The notes beneath the pieces were generated by a model that was not told the origin of the DNA, did not search any database, and saw only the letters and a list, made by a program, of their open reading frames with translations. Below, in pieces: positions 27,520 to 49,834 of a stretch of DNA of 64,000 nt (position 1 is its first letter; each line of letters starts with the position of its first letter). This DNA is from the human T2T-CHM13v2.0 reference genome, Homo sapiens: the NCBI RefSeq assembly GCF_009914755.1, contig NC_060933.1; one strand, 5' to 3'. The position numbers and the translations under genes were made by a program.

Positions 27520-28070
27520 CTTCCGATCAAAATGCTTTTATTAGAATACTAATAAATGCAGATTAAAAAAAAAAAAACCTCACACAGAAAAAGAGGAAAA
27601 CACTCAGAAATGTGATTACAGATTAGGCATATTAGAGGAAAAAGAGTTCTTCAGGGTATACAAAATGTAAACATTTGCCCTGGGATTTCCCACAGATGGC
27701 ACAGTCCACATGGACTCTTTTGGAACAAAAAAATGTCTATTAAGTCTCCAGGATAGCCTCTATGACATCTGCAAACTTGCCACATTAAAAGTTAAAGTTC
27801 CTAAAACTTTCTACGCAAAACACAAAATGGCTCCCAATCCAGGCAACTGGCACATGTGGAAGCAGAATACCAAAGCAAATCCGTCTTCCAACCATCAGCT
27901 TCGACTCCCTCCAGCTACTGTATTTACATTTACCTTGACAGAGATTACAGAGATATACACAGTATATAAAACTCCTACTTGAGGCTGGGGTGGGAGATGA
28001 AATCTTTCTTGCTTATCAAATGCTCTGGGGAGAGGCATCAAATCAGTCCTTTAAACTTAGGGAGAGAGGA
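27520..28070 (-). other. GLDC: GLDC 3'UTR; AATAAA (- strand) at 27537-27542
   Basis: Unique sequence after the GLDC stop; tttatt on + at 27537-27542; cleavage site approximate. Confidence 0.8.
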
Positions 28071-28214
28071 CTAAGAAGACGCCCTCTTTTGTTCAGAAAA
28101 TGGAGACTCATAAACTTCCATGGGTGGGCAGGTACAAACCAGGTGCTGATCTCCATATATGTCATCAATCCGGGCAATCGTTGGCCAGAATTTGTTCTCT
28201 GGTTTCACGAAGGG
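28071..28214 (-). CDS. GLDC: GLDC exon 25 (terminal coding part, 144 nt)
   Basis: ttgcag acceptor; [47 protein letters not shown]; GcvP C-terminal motif. Confidence 0.97.
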   Translation of the reverse strand, partial: PFVKPENKFWPTIARIDDIYGDQHLVCTCPPMEVYESPFSEQKRASS

Positions 28215-28623
28215 CTGCAAAGGACAAAAGATGGAAATGCTGTGAGATGTTCTGGGAGGTTTCTCTTAGGGCAAAGGAGGTGGCAATGCTAGTCCCACAA
28301 CCTAAGACACCATCAGCCCAGCAAATATTCTGAGAACCTAAAATCCAACCCTACATTACCATTTAAAAAAAAGAGGCATTTCCCAGGAGGCGTGTCCCTG
28401 ATCACCACCCCTGTTAAGCATCCCTATGTGCTGTTGATATCTGGACCAGTTTATAGCAAAGTTGTGTTTGAAAGACTTCAACTGCTTAAAGAAGACTTTG
28501 GAATCTATGTTTATCTGCCCATTATATCCTTAAGTTTGGATATTTAGCTGACCTTCTCTTTTAACATAGGTCTAATTTATTTGCTATGTCATTTTCCATA
28601 CAATTCAGTTGATTTAAAAGTTA

Positions 28624-29270
<647 letters not shown>

Positions 29271-29681
29271 GCATCATTTTGTTTCCTCTCCTCTCCAATG
29301 AATACAGGATTTACCATTCTCATTATGTTTTTATACTATTACTGCATAGATCCATAAACAGCACATAGCATAATTTGGCACATTTTTAGCCTTCTCCCTA
29401 CCTCACTCAAACAGACTACACAGAACCTTCTCCTCCATATAAGAATCAGAAAGGAAAGGAAGGTTGCACTGGGCGCCATCTCCCTGTCCCACAGTGGAGG
29501 GAAACACATTGGTCCACTGGACAGGACTCGTATTCAGTTTTCCCCCACTCTGTTCCCTATGGGTTCCCAGATCTGTGGTTGATACTGTGTGACCTCGCCT
29601 CTGAAAGCCAATTTCTTTGCTCCTCATTCCTCTTCAAGACCCTTATTTCACAAGGTGCCCCACATATGGTTTCTGTAATCA

Positions 29682-29963
<282 letters not shown>

Positions 29964-31094
29964 TCAATTTAGGGGGGTACAATGTGATTTATAATTGTGA
30001 AATATTTTAAATATCAGAACGTTATGGTAATAATCATCACATCTACCACCCAGTAAAGTCTAATGAGCATTCTGTCATATTTGCTTCATCTTTTAGAAAA
30101 AATTACCTACACGTTTGGTGCTGCCTGTATATCCCCATCCCAGTGCTAACCACTCTTCTGAATTCGGTGTTTACCATTCTCATCATGCTTTTATACTATT
30201 ACTGCATATGTTAATAAACTGCATATAGCATAATTTGGCTCATTTTAAAATCTGATATCATCATATGAGTGGTATTATCCACTTGTATTATAACTCACTA
30301 TTATGCTCTTTGAAATGTTTATTGCCATTTAAAAAAATAGCCTAAATCCTGAAAGAAGCAGGTGTCTTCAGAGAGAAAAGAGTAATAAACGGTGGTAAGC
30401 ATAATCATCTTGTATGCCTCCATGACTCTGTGAACTCACCTCTAGAGAGGTGCCTGCCTTCTGCAAGTCACTGGTCCCTGCCCTCTCCTACAGGTAGGCA
30501 GTTTGGAAACCTGCCCCAGCTGCTGCAGTCATATCAGACTTGTTCTCTGGCTTATAGCCATGAAGACACAACCACAGCCTTCATGGTATTCTCCACTCCT
30601 GATCTTCCAGCTTAATATCTGGACTAACAAGAAACTTAGGACTCTGACCAGATGTAAAATTAACATGTTTTGGAAGCGGCAGAGTAATGCCCAACCAACT
30701 TTTCCCCAACATGGGGCATAAACATTGTAACATCCAGTCCAAATGTCAATCCAGTTTTCTCAGAGATAACTGCTCTAATATAAGAATGTGTGCTTGTACA
30801 GAGTTTGTGATGTGAATATGTAAATTTTATTTATGCCATAATCTCACTACAGTACATCAAACAGAGATGCAGAATGTTACAAATTCTCCAACTAGACAGC
30901 TGTGGACAGCTTCCACAACCACATCATCCTTGAGTAACTGCTATGCTGTTCAAGACGATGGAAACTTCAAAGTAACAACTGCATCTTCTCAGAAGAATTA
31001 CCTTATTCTACGGAAGAGTATCATCCTCATTTGAGAGTTCGGGAGTTGCTGGTACACTGTCCAGACATCATTTTCTAGTTTAAGGAACATTTCA

Positions 31095-31328
<234 letters not shown>

Positions 31329-32084
31329 TCAGTGGCCTACCCAGTTTGGAAGAAAAGTTCGTATCCCTTCTTATATTTTATCCTAAGAAAATCATCAGAT
31401 ACATTTGCAAATGTATGTATGTGGGGACTCATCTCAGTGCTGTTCATAGAAGAAAAATTTAGGAAACAACCTAATATCCAACAATGGGGGATCAGATAAG
31501 CAAATTTTACAGAGCACCTATATGGTAAATAGACAACCATTCAAAAGTACATAAATGTGTTAAACTGGCTAAACATTCAAAAATATTAAGTGAAAAAAGC
31601 AAGCCACATAATGATATCCCATTTCTATATATAAATAAAAGGACAAAGTACTTATATGTGTATTTTATGAGGGAAGATGCCTTGAAGAAAACATAAAATG
31701 TTAACTCTAAATATGGCCGGAAAATGAGACTGGGATTTTTCTTTCACTTCGATTGTATTTTAGAGTCTTTCAGTAATTATCATGTATTATGTGCAATTAA
31801 GAGAAATAAAAATATTATAGCTTATCAAAAGTTAAATAATGAGATAACAAGTGTTAAAGACTCTGGAGCAAATCTTATTGTCCCCATTTTGTATGATAAG
31901 GAAACTGAAGTTTGGCCAGTATGTGGAAAGCCTTTGCCTTTACATTGAACACAGGCTCAGTGTGTTTCTGTTTCCAAAGGTTTTCACATGTAAGGTAGTG
32001 CAACAAGGTATGTAGTCAAGAGACAGATTTCCAGGACAAAAATCAAAAACAACATTTTCATTTCTTATAATTTTTCTGTAAAGC

Positions 32085-32846
32085 ATTTTTTTTTTTTTTT
32101 GGAGACAGGGTCTTGCTGTATCGCTCAGGTTAGAGTGCACTGGCACACTCACGGCTCACTGCAGCCTCAACCTCCTGGGCTCAAGTGATCCTCCCACCTA
32201 AGCCTTCCAAGTAGCTGAGACTACAGGTGCACGCCACCATGCCCAGCTAATTTTGTTGTTGTTGCATAGACAGAGTTTCACCATGTTGTCCGGGCTACCG
32301 AGCTCAAGCGATCTGCCTGTCTCTGCCTCCCAATATGCAGAGATAACAGGCATGAGCCACCACACCAGGCCTATGAAACTTTTAAAAGCTGAAGAACAAC
32401 TCCCAGGTTGATACACCTCTGAACTAATCTTGCCCCAATGTGCAGTGGTTCTCAAATTCTGGTGAGCATCATTATTACATGGAGTACTTTAAAGTAACAT
32501 CTGCATGATTTCAAACATTCTCTACCAACATTTTATTTAAAAATGTTCAGGCCAAGTGCTGTGGCTCACACACCTATAATCCCAGCACTTTGGGAGGCCA
32601 AGGCCAGCGGATTGCTTAAGCCCAGGAGTTTGAGACCTGCCTGGGCAACATGGCAAAACCCCGTCTCTACAAAAAATACAAAAATTAGCTGGGTGTGGTG
32701 GTATGTGCCTGTAATCCCAGCTACTTAGAAAGCTGAGGTGGGAGGATCACTTGAATCCAGGAGGTGAGCCTGCAGTAAGTCAAGATCACAACACTGCACT
32801 CCAGCCTGGGTGACAGAGTAAGACCTTGTCTCTATTAAAAAAAAAA
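32085..32846. mobile_element. AluJ 32085-32371(-) and AluJ 32549-32846(+), with a MER5A fragment between
   Basis: Alu matches; cagtggttctcaaa MER5-type end at about 32443. Confidence 0.8.
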
Positions 32847-34227
32847 CACTAACATCCAGATGAGTTGAAAGGACTGTAGGTGAGCACCCATATACCCACC
32901 ACCTAGATTCTACAATGCTGTTGTTTGCTTTATCACATCTACTCATCCAGCCATCCGTCTTACTTTCTGACGCATTTCAAAGTACACTGCAGTCATTAGT
33001 ACACTTCACTCTTAAACCCTTCAGCATATATATCATGACTAGAATTCAGTATCTGTTCACATATTTTTGTGATAAAACTTACAGTGAAATGCACAAATCC
33101 TAACTGTACCATTTAATGAGTTTTGGTAAATGCATACACCTTTGTCACTCAAACCAGACAGGGATTTTTTTTTTTTTTAAGAGAACAAGCTGATTACCTA
33201 TCACGTCTGCCCTTAATTCCATGTGTGAGCAAATTCAGTCCAACATATCCTGCTGTAGTGGTCCCCATATTTTGAACCACCTGAGAAGTTCTTGCAAAAG
33301 AAATTCCTGCATCTGGACCCTGATTCAGGAACTCCAAGGTAGGGTCCAAAAATCTATGAGTCATAAAACATGCCAGGTGATTCTGATAATTGGTCTGATA
33401 ATTAGCCTGGAACTGCTGGGTAAGGCAGTATGCCCCAAAATTGCCTGAAAAGACTCACACAGAAGCTGCGTGTTAAATATACAGATTATCAGCTCTCTTC
33501 CTTAAAAATTCACATTCAGCGGTTATGCTTTAAGACCTGGAAACTGTGTTGTCATGTTCATTGTTTTTCGACTTAGCTATTCATTTGGTCTCTCATTTAT
33601 TAACACTATGTGTTGAGTGCCTACTATGTGCCAGGCACCTGGACAATTCTGGGCTTTTGGACAAGTGTGGAAACGGTTCTATCAATCTTCAAAACAACAT
33701 TGAGGTCAGGAGACAACATGATTCAGAAACACTGGGTGGTGACTTCAGTTACCACCTCCCTGTGAGCCCCTCCTCTCTCTCCTTGCAAATGCTGTTGCAG
33801 TTAGATGTGTGAAGTAGGCAAGGCATCCACAAAGTGAGTGTGTTTTCCTGAGTCGGCCATTACCCAATCGCTAGCCGGGAGGCTGTCAGGGGAAAGGAGT
33901 TCTACTGTCAGGTTACAAGAGTTGCCAAGCAGAGATCTTGAGGATGGGATTGGTAATTTCATTAATGAAGCCTTTCTCTGGCTTTCCCATCTATTATCAG
34001 TGTAACTGCATAATAAGATCATTCATTCAAGAGAGGAGTGAGTCACACACATGGGATTCCCATTATGATGCAGTAGTGAAACTATTAAATTTAAAAGATT
34101 TTTTTCTTTTTTTCCAAAAGCAAGTCATTAAAACTCAGATAGGACTCCATATCCATTGAATGGCAATGTTCTCCCCAACTTAGCCTTTCTGAGAATTGAA
34201 AGATCCTTGATATTATTATCATTTTCA

Positions 34228-34566
<339 letters not shown>

Positions 34567-35017
34567 TTAATATTAATAACATTGTTCACTAGGAAAATGT
34601 AGTGAGCTGAGCTGAATGAACACCCACTAATGCACAGGTAAAGTGTCCGTGTCTTTCAAAATGCTTCAAAGAAAGTTGCATTTTCTTTGTGAAAACTACT
34701 ACACTTATTTCTTCATCTCTAGAAGCAGCTGAAACAGCTACGCCATGACAGAGGTGGCTATAAAACTCCAATGCCATTTGTCTCTACCACTTCGATGGGT
34801 TACTTGCTCTGTCTCCTTTACCACTACACTCACTGCAACTCAAAGGGGTTTTAATTTTAATCTTAAACACTTTTCTTGGCTGTTAATGGATTCAAGATGC
34901 ATATTTTAATATCTTCTGAAGGGCAGGACCAGTGCAGTCATAAGCAAACTTTTTTCTCTATTATTTTGGAGGTTGCCAAGAACCCTGAGCTCCCCATTTA
35001 TCCCCCAGATCAGTTTA

Positions 35018-35203
<186 letters not shown>

Positions 35204-35926
35204 TCAGGAAAGTTGTTTCAGCCCAAGATTAGCATCAGCTTATTGTTTTACCCAAACAAATGAATAAGTAATTTAATAAATAAGTGCATCAGCTTTTTAT
35301 GTGTATCAGCGAGGACCAAGAAGCCATGGGCACCGGGTAAGTTTATTATTGGCAATAAAGGTTTCATTTAGTCTTATTACAAATAAAAATGTTTAGCACA
35401 CTGTGCCGATGTGTCTTATCTTCAGCTCACTACACACCTGTGAACCTGATTATGGCTAATGGCAGGTGGGGGGCATTACTGAACATATGACCGGAGGTGT
35501 CTGGGGATGAGATTATTTCTATTCTGCGGACATAAAATCTACTTGCAACAGTTAAATGTGTTGTATAGTCCTGATCCTTTTATACAAAATATCTCTAGAG
35601 CCATTGACACTTTTCAGCAACTTTACCCTCAACATCAAATAATTACTTTTGCGTATATATAGGTATGGATATATTAAACATATATCCATAAGACACATAC
35701 AGAATTTTATGTTTCTTTGAAGGACCTTTTGATGTTTTGGTTTCAGGCTGCAAACAAAGAATTAGAAATACGCGACGTCAAACAGTATACCGTAAGTAAC
35801 AAGGAGTTAATGAGGCCAAAGTCTGTGCGACCCAGTTCACTTTGTTCTACCAATGACATATCCCTTATTTGAAATTACAGATCTTTATTTGAGCCTCATG
35901 TGGGCACCCAAAAGTTTTGGATTTTC

Positions 35927-38505
<2,579 letters not shown>

Positions 38506-39477
38506 TCAGTAATAGCTGAAAGGCACCGTCAAGCCAAGCCCAACACAGCACTGCTAATACTACAGTGCCATCTGAAGAGGTCCCCACCATAGCCAAGAGG
38601 TTTAGGAAGAGCTCCATTTTCTAAATGAGGTTCAGATGTTATTTTCTAAATCCATACTCTATTGCGTTCAAATAGAAACTGCGGTGGAATTCCAGCATCT
38701 CTCTCCATCTCTATGTGAGCCCTGAAAGGGATGAAATTTCAACTTGGTGGCTGTCAGAAGCCAGATCCTAAGATGTTCTTTGCAGCTTTTAGGACACACA
38801 AACCTGCTATAGGGCAATGTTGGGGCGATATCAAGTGGAAACTGAATAAACCACTCAGCACCAACTTTTCGTGTTAACAGAGTAGGTGTTTCTGCTGGAC
38901 CTAACAGTGACTACAGCTGAGAAGGTACCACGTGAAAGGGGCAAGGAGGACAGGAGGGGGGGGGATGAAGGAAAAGCAAGGTAAACGTTGGGTGGCTATC
39001 TAAGTGGGAACCACCGCCCCCATATGTTGATTGTCTTCTGAGGGTAAGAACAATATGGGAGTGTGCTGTGAAAAAATAGGGCTGCTCAAAACCCTCCTTG
39101 AGAGAAGGGACCAGACCTTACTTATCCCCCATCCTCAAGGCGGCTGCCGAGGAATAAATGAACTCACTGGGTAACTACTCTGGAAAGCTCTGCTGGGCAA
39201 TCAATGCTTGGTCAAGCCTTTTAGCTGAAATCCACAGAACATGACTAACAGAATCAAACCTCCCGGCTGTTTCCCTGTAGTTCAAGCGAGAATGAGGTTT
39301 CCCCGAGAATGAGGTCAGGTAAGCGGGACTGAGCAGGGTCACTTGTGAGCCAAGGATGTGAGGGCCCAGCCCCTGAGGCCCCTGCCCACCCATACAGCAA
39401 GGGCCACCTGGAAACCTCCGCAGGGACAGGTATTTGCAGGCAAAGTCGCTGTTTGTCTGATGGAAAAACAAAAAAAA

Positions 39478-40181
<704 letters not shown>

Positions 40182-40228
40182 TCATCTTACCTGAGGTAAT
40201 TCCTTTCTTTCCTCATTCTAGCAGAATA

Positions 40229-42145
<1,917 letters not shown>

Positions 42146-42865
42146 AACCCGCCTCAGCCTTCCAAAGTGCTTGGATTACAGGTGTGAACCAACACACCCG
42201 GCTGCTACTAAATAAAATTAAACGTGAGGAAGTTTAAAATATGAACAAATAAGCAATTAGGGAAAAAACCAATAGGATGCAGTTATATGTCTTTTTAAGA
42301 TATGGAAACAACATGATTTTAAGCTGTGAAATCAGAGAGTCAGCTGTGAAGGAGAAGGAAGTAGACAGAACAGATGGGGGAACACAGTTACCCTGGATGG
42401 ACAAGGCTGGCACTAAGAACTAGGGAAACATTGAGCGCATTGGCTACATATACTAAAACAATAAGGTCATTTTCACCTATCAAATTGGCCATGATATATT
42501 GTTTACTTGTTCTTCTGTCTAGTTCTCAGTCCTCACTAGGCCCCTGTGTGATGGCCACTCTCATATGTTATCACTGTGAGATAAATTGGCACAAAGTCTC
42601 TGGGAAAAAAATTGAAGCCATACATGTCAAAAGCTTCAGTGCATTTATATCCTCTGAGATAATAATTTTTTCTATGACTCTCTCCTAAGGAAATTATCAG
42701 GCAAAATTCTTTAAAATTTCAAGCAAAGGATACTCACGGCCACATTGTAATAAATGCAAACAAAGGGAAGAAAAACTATACAATTGGTTAAATCATGGCA
42801 CATCTACACAATGGAATTGACAGTGCCACTTTCAAAGAATATTTAGTGACAGGGGAAAATGCTCA

Positions 42866-43255
<390 letters not shown>

Positions 43256-45395
43256 CTATAACTGATTGATGGAACCATGGACCATTTACATTTTCTTTGT
43301 CATGCTTTATTATTTTCCAAAATGTCCATGTTGAGCATATATACATTATTTATGTAATCTGATGAAATAAATATTGAAGCTATTCCTTAAAGCCAATACA
43401 CAAGCAGGATACATTTCACAGAGCTAAGCTAGATTTGAATTAATTAGAAGCTCTTGTCACTTCTTTAGTACCCACTTCACAGAAGCATTTTATTGTGCTG
43501 CTTAGAGACATGTTGCCCACAACTGTGTTTTCTGCTCTCTGGGGAGCATTTTAACCAGCACTTCTGGTTATTTGGTCCTATTCTTTTTCAAACTGTGGAA
43601 CCACCCCTTTGGATACTGATTTATAAGGTAAGACCAGCCATTAAATTAAAGATCACAGCTATAGAGGTACATTCCACCTGGACCAGAGAAACCAAGATCC
43701 CATAAGCGCTTTGTTGCTGTTGCCCAGGTGCAGGAGGGTGGGCTGGTTCCTGACGTCTGTCTCTCTGATCTAAGCTCCAGGTCCTGGTCTCTGTCCTGCT
43801 CTTACTCTGGGCCCATAGCAAGGACTTGTACCTGGTTCTCAGTTCCAGCCTTTCCCTTCCAGGGTGACTTTGTTCCCCCATCTGTTTTTCTCTCAAAGGT
43901 ATCTTTGCTCTCCCTTCTCACAGCTTAAAATCATGTTGTTTTCATAGTTAAAAAGAAAATATAACTACATCCTACTGAAGCAGCCCCCTCCTCCTTCACT
44001 ACCTGCAAACATGGAATCCTTTTCCCCTCTCCTTCCCGACCTCCATCCACATCTCAGCCCATTTTAAACACCCAGCGTCTGCCTCACCATTGTGCCCAAA
44101 CTACTTTCAAAGGCTACCAAAGGCTTCCTAATTGTTATAGACAAAGGTTCCTTTTAAGACTCATAATTTAAAATCAGATGTCAATCATACCTCAGTAAAA
44201 GCAGAAAAAATCTAAATAAACTTAAGTAAGATTAAATCAGCCACCCGCTCTTTACAGTGTCTCTCCTTATTATGCGTCATCACGTGCATTTGTCTGTTGA
44301 CTGCCAGAGAAACAAAGCAGGCGCAGCCTCCACTCTCTCCTGGACCCTGGAGTCAGATGGACAGAGCCAGACAATACCAAGTGGGAGAGCAGCTGCTCCG
44401 GGGTGGGGTCGGGGGTGGGCAAGAGGAGGGAGTGGAGGCTGCAGGGAGGAGGTGGAGCCACACGGCAGCAGGAGGGCCAGGCAGGGGTGTTGAGGGAGAG
44501 GCACTGTGCCAAGCACTGCCAGGGTTCTAAAGCTGCCTCAGGTGTGGAGTGCCCCTCACCAGGCACCCAACTTCTCCCTCCCTCTTAATGTAGCCATCTA
44601 CTTGAGGCGTTTTGTTCTGGCTTCTCACCTTCAATATTCTTTCCTGGGGCCTCACCACTTCCAAGACTCAGCTATTAGGTCCTGAGCCCACAGCCCAATG
44701 TGTAAAAGGATGCCTGGTTTTTAGTTCCCTCCCATCACTTCCAGGGTGACTTTGTTCCCCTGCCTATTATTCCCTCTATTGTAAGCCCTAGAGGCTAGCT
44801 AACCTTCAATCACAGGTGTGATTACAGGATTGCAGGTGTGAGCCACCACCCCAGCCCCTTGCTACCTCTAAGGCATGTTTCCCCCTTGCCGCTGTCTTAA
44901 TGATTGTAACGGTCTCTTCATGAATCCCTACCCTCCCCTGCTCAAAAACCTTTAATGGCTATTGTCCAGCTCAAGGGTGAAGTCCAGAGCCTTCCAAGGC
45001 CTTCAAGGCCCCACGCTACATTTCCAGCCTCATTGTCATTTGCTCCCTCTCTCCTATCCCATCCTTCACTCCAGATCAGAGAGCTTTCTTTTCTCTGGTT
45101 TGCTCCTGTGTCTCTGCTTACTCAGGCTCTCATCGGCTACGCTGGCTTCCAGGCCCATCTCAAATGGCTCCAGCAAGAAGGCGCTGTCAACCATTCTATC
45201 CTGCCTCTACCCAGTCTGAGTTACTCTACTCTTTCAAGGCATATCATAGCACTTTGTAAATAATTAGCTTATGGTATTTATGTACACATTTCAGTGTTGT
45301 GGAATCTTTATTGACCTGGGCTGCTGTGTAGACTAGGAGCCTAGGAGAAACCTGCATATAGTAATGCCCCTAAACAGTTAACTAAAGTGGTGTTA

Positions 45396-45711
<316 letters not shown>

Positions 45712-45840
45712 TTATTTCCAAGAACTCTACACTATTTTCTGATATGTGCTAAGAAATAGAAGTCTCTTGCCCATGTCAGAAAAGCGCATCTAGGTCAAAC
45801 TTAGTTTGGCCAAGAAAAAAACCAAAGTAATGATAGATTA

Positions 45841-45990
<150 letters not shown>

Positions 45991-48311
45991 TTAGCCATTG
46001 AACAGGCAAACACGAATGTGAAGAAACCAACCAAAAGACACCCCCAGATAAACTCCACCCACAAAGGAAGGCAGCCCACCATGACTCTGGAGTAAAGATG
46101 AGTGGAAAATTCCAACAAGGATATCTGTCAGATCCCTGTAAGCCTGTAATACATTTTTGTTTTCTTCTTTTAATAGTAGTTTTACGTTCTTTATTGTAGT
46201 AGCAAAGCCTACAACAGGGCAAGCTGACTACTGACTACTGTGTTATCTAAAGAGAGAAAAGAATTCTTCTTAAATTACATGTGTTTTGTGATTTTTTTGT
46301 TTGTTTACTATGAATTTGAGAGGTCTTGATAATTGCCAGGAATCCGATGGGATCTGGGCCAATATCTCCACGGAAGCAATTTTGTCTGGTTTATTTTCCC
46401 ATTGTCCCTAGTAGAGGCTGCTTATGTTTAAAAACTGCTCAATCTTGTCCTGGTAGTTAAGAGTCCCTGTGATCATAAGGGATACACATCATCACTGCAA
46501 AGAGCTTCAAATCAAGACTGCACCAATTCTTATGGCCTACTTTCTTCCCAGAGTACCTCACATGTGATGGAGTTGGCATATATATTAAATACATAACTAA
46601 TGTAAAGAGAATGAGAGAGCACCAAATAAAACAACAGTAGTACTTTGGTATCATTAAGGGGGTCCAAAGTAAAAAGGGGCCACATTGCTCCAGGCTGGTC
46701 AAAGAAGGGTTCCTAGATTAAGAGCCAGAACTTGGCTAGAAACTTAGAAATAAGTAGAATTCGGATAGGGAAAGAGAAAGGAGAAGGTATACCAGGTGAG
46801 AAGAATGGCAGAAATGAAGGCGTGGAAGGGGAGGGCACATGACTGTCATCTGGGAGTGGATGTAGGGCAAGGTGAGTTGTGACTCCATTTTTAAGCCCAA
46901 AACTTCTCTAGGAAGGACTTCGACTTTGTCCAGCCAACCACTGGCTCTCAACCTATGTCTCATGGGGGGATTTTTTAAAAATGCAGACGGCTTAAGTCCA
47001 ACCCTACATGTGCTCAGTTTGGTTCTCCTTGGAATGGGGCCTAGGCATGTGCATTCTGAAAGAATCCCCTAAGGATTTCGTGCAGGCTAGTGAGAACCAG
47101 GTAAAGCAACAGGAAGCCACGAGAGATACGTGGGGGCCTAGGGTGAGTCTAGCAGTCCTGTAGGTGCGCCTGTGGAATTGCAGCAGGGAGAGAAGCAGCT
47201 AAAGCTAGAGTCCAGGGGATAAGTAATAACAGCCTGAAATAAGAGAAGGCCCAAGGCCAGAGGGGGCAGCTTAAACCCTACTTTATTTATTTAGTTTTTA
47301 AACTGAGGCACCAGCTGTTGTTCCAGGCATGTAGCCAAACCAACCTTGGGGCATTTATTTCCTATATGTGGGAAGTCATCTCCAACCCAAATATGTTCAT
47401 ACAAATAACCCAGATTTACAGAACCCAGAGATCAAAAGGGAAGTGGAATTTGATTCTGCTTACAAAGAAGCAGACCTTTATTCTGATTGCTTGTGTTGTT
47501 TGCAAAACAACTTGAGTATCATTTTTAAAAGCAAGTGTTAGTGTCTGAGGTACAGAATTGTTCCGGCTTCCAAGAAACTTTTCGTGAAGAATCATAAATG
47601 CCATGCTGTTCCAGAAATAAACAGTCAGCTCCACAGAGTCCTCTGGAATGATTGGCATAGCTGCGTTTTGGGGGTTTTGTTTCAGTGGGAGCCCGCCTTC
47701 CTTTAAAGAGGGGCACTGCTTTGGGGAGACTGCTCTAATGAGCAGCCAAACAAGTGTTCTTATTCACAGTCTTGTCAGTCCAGGAGGTGGGCAGGGCAGT
47801 GTGAACAAGAACTGTAGAAAATCAACTCTGGCCCTGGTGTTATTTGGAATAAGACAAAGGAAGGAAGCCTGTACTCTGACTAATTACGCAGAGAGCACAG
47901 CACCACAAACCCTAAAGGCCAAAGAGCTCTGGGGAAAAACCAGAGAAGCAAATTTCTGCTATTTTTCATCTTCTCCTCTGGCCCCCCCCAAGAAATATAT
48001 AGCAAAGTGAGATATATAGCAGGATCTCAGCAAAGTGGAATAATTAGTACATGCACTGCTTTTCACTCGGAAGGGGCTATATAAATCCTGCAGGAAACCA
48101 AAGGACGCGGCCAGAACATCCATATGACTCATGGAACTTAGCTGTGTCTGGAAAAATATATCTGATGTTTCAGTTTCTCTGATGTTAAACCCACTCTGAG
48201 AACCCAAAAGAAGTAGTGTAATGAAGGAGAGATGAAATGATTTTTAGCTCATCTCTTCAGGAAGGTTTCTTCCACCCAGGCCATCAGCAATATTCTTTGA
48301 ACCACATCTCA

Positions 48312-48608
<297 letters not shown>

Positions 48609-49720
48609 TTAATCTAATGGGAAGGTTCTGGGCCCTCCCAGAAAGCCTTGTTCTTAGCAGAGGAGCTCTGACAGTGGAAGGGACTCTCCACCTGCTGGGA
48701 GGCAGATGTTCAGGAAGCGATCCTTCCTTCCTTCCTCCTCTGGTGGAGGTCCACCAGCCATCAGTGTCCCAGGGCTCACCCAAGAAATGTGGTGGAGGGC
48801 TTGATAGAGGCAGGCAGCCATAAAACAGTGGAGTTCCATGTCCCTCCCTCCCACTCCCAGCCCCATTCCCTCACCCCTATACACTTTCCCAAGATGGACA
48901 TAGGAGGGGCTGATGAGAAGATGCCCCATGGGCTGACATGAACATCATTCTCCCCACCTCCCTGACAGCTGAAGCACTGGAGCTCACACATTTACTAGAA
49001 ATAATCATCATCAAAATGAATCTCACTTTAACCGTAGTCCAAGAAAAAAAAAACAAGAAAGAAGAAAAAAGTAAGAAGGCCAAGCTTCCAGCAACTCTGA
49101 AAACTGACTTCTTTAGCATATTTTTGGGAGACTGAAGCAGCTCAGGAAAACAGCTGCTCTCATCATCATTTTCCCAAGATGATTTGATTTCAGTGTAAAA
49201 AGTTATCCACAGCTAAGAAATATTCCTTCAGTCCTACTCTGGCTTCATCCAATTATTTCTAGTAACCAGGTTTGTTTCTTCCTTACTTATGTGTTACTTA
49301 TCTCAACACCTTACATCTAATTCACTTTCAATGGAACCATTAGCTGATTTTAAAAAAGAAAAAAAAAATGCTAGGAAATCCAAAAGTCCGAAAGGCACTT
49401 TCTAGTGCCAATATTCCAGTTACAATACGTATGCTCAGGTGAAGTTCCCTATTCATTATTCTGTTAATAAACCTGCTGTCTATGTGCAACTGGAAGCTCA
49501 GTGAGGCCAGATGCTATGGTTAGTAAAATCTAATTACGCTTTTCTTTGGAAATCCCCTAAAAGCACCCATTTTGCTGCTCCTCCCCCAGCCCCTACAAGT
49601 GCACTACACCAATGAGGGTATCCTCAACACATGAAGACTTTCATGGGATGAGTAGTCTATTTAGGGCCACTCCTTCATTCTGTCTCCAAAGCCATCCTGA
49701 AACCAGCAGCCCAGAACTTA

Positions 49721-49834
<114 letters not shown>

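Noticed and set aside
30380-31010. Repeat-free, 3'UTR-like stretch in intron 23 as a possible processed-pseudogene fragment
   Set aside because: No poly-A, TSD or recognisable parent gene; cannot be supported without a search.
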